A stretch of DNA of 64,000 nt. It comes from Phoronis australis (Eukaryota > Animalia > Phoronida). Within the stretch, counting starts at the first letter, position 1. Each line of letters starts with the position of its first letter. This document shows positions 63,809 through 64,000 of the stretch, piece by piece. The stretch covers positions 5,410 to 69,409 of the forward strand of contig NMRA01000840.1 of NCBI GenBank assembly GCA_002633005.1. The letters run 5' to 3'. Position numbers and translations under genes: made by a program. The notes under the pieces were generated by a model, which did not search any database, was not told where the DNA came from, and was given only the letters and a program-made list of their open reading frames with translations.

Positions 63809-64000
63809 CTGAAGTGAGAGAAACTTACATGTAGCACGTCATCGCTAGTTATGTATGGGATGACTCGGCTTCAGTAAATTGTTGATGATTATATTAATGG
63901 AATAGATTTTACACTGTTGGCCTATGCTACAGTGTAGATCGGTTACACCGGTAAAGGCAGTGGATGCAGACAAATCAATTGGACTTTTGGGTTGACCTAA

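Overview
Animal genomic DNA (intron-rich, AT-rich, several N gaps). Repeat types and metalloprotease style suggest a marine invertebrate, probably a lophotrochozoan; this is inference. I reconstructed four spliced genes by hand from splice signals and frame continuity. (1) A + strand C2H2 zinc-finger gene with about 17 fingers and a C-terminal 18-aa repeat tail (about 1112-8895). (2) A convergent paralogous - strand C2H2 gene with 11 fingers and an unusual 73-aa N-terminal module resembling the NRF1/MADS fold (17288-14554). (3) A 5-exon ENPP4/5-like ectonucleotide pyrophosphatase/phosphodiesterase with one GC-AG intron (37942-31816). (4) A 5'-incomplete gene of at least 15 exons for an M12B/ADAMTS-like metalloprotease (63808-44297). 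It continues through two Cys-rich ShK-like repeats, sushi, mucin, SEA, two EGF domains and a TM helix to a -YKV tail, and the whole receptor-like part lies in one intronless exon. Intergenic and intronic DNA holds a Kolobok-type element with THAP and second-ORF remnants nested in a satellite-bearing element, an element carrying seven phased CTCF-like motifs between the two ZNF genes, a 5'-truncated L2/CR1-type LINE, a decayed Gypsy, a tRNA-derived SINE, MITEs and tandem repeats. No rRNA, intact tRNA or CRISPR array was seen.
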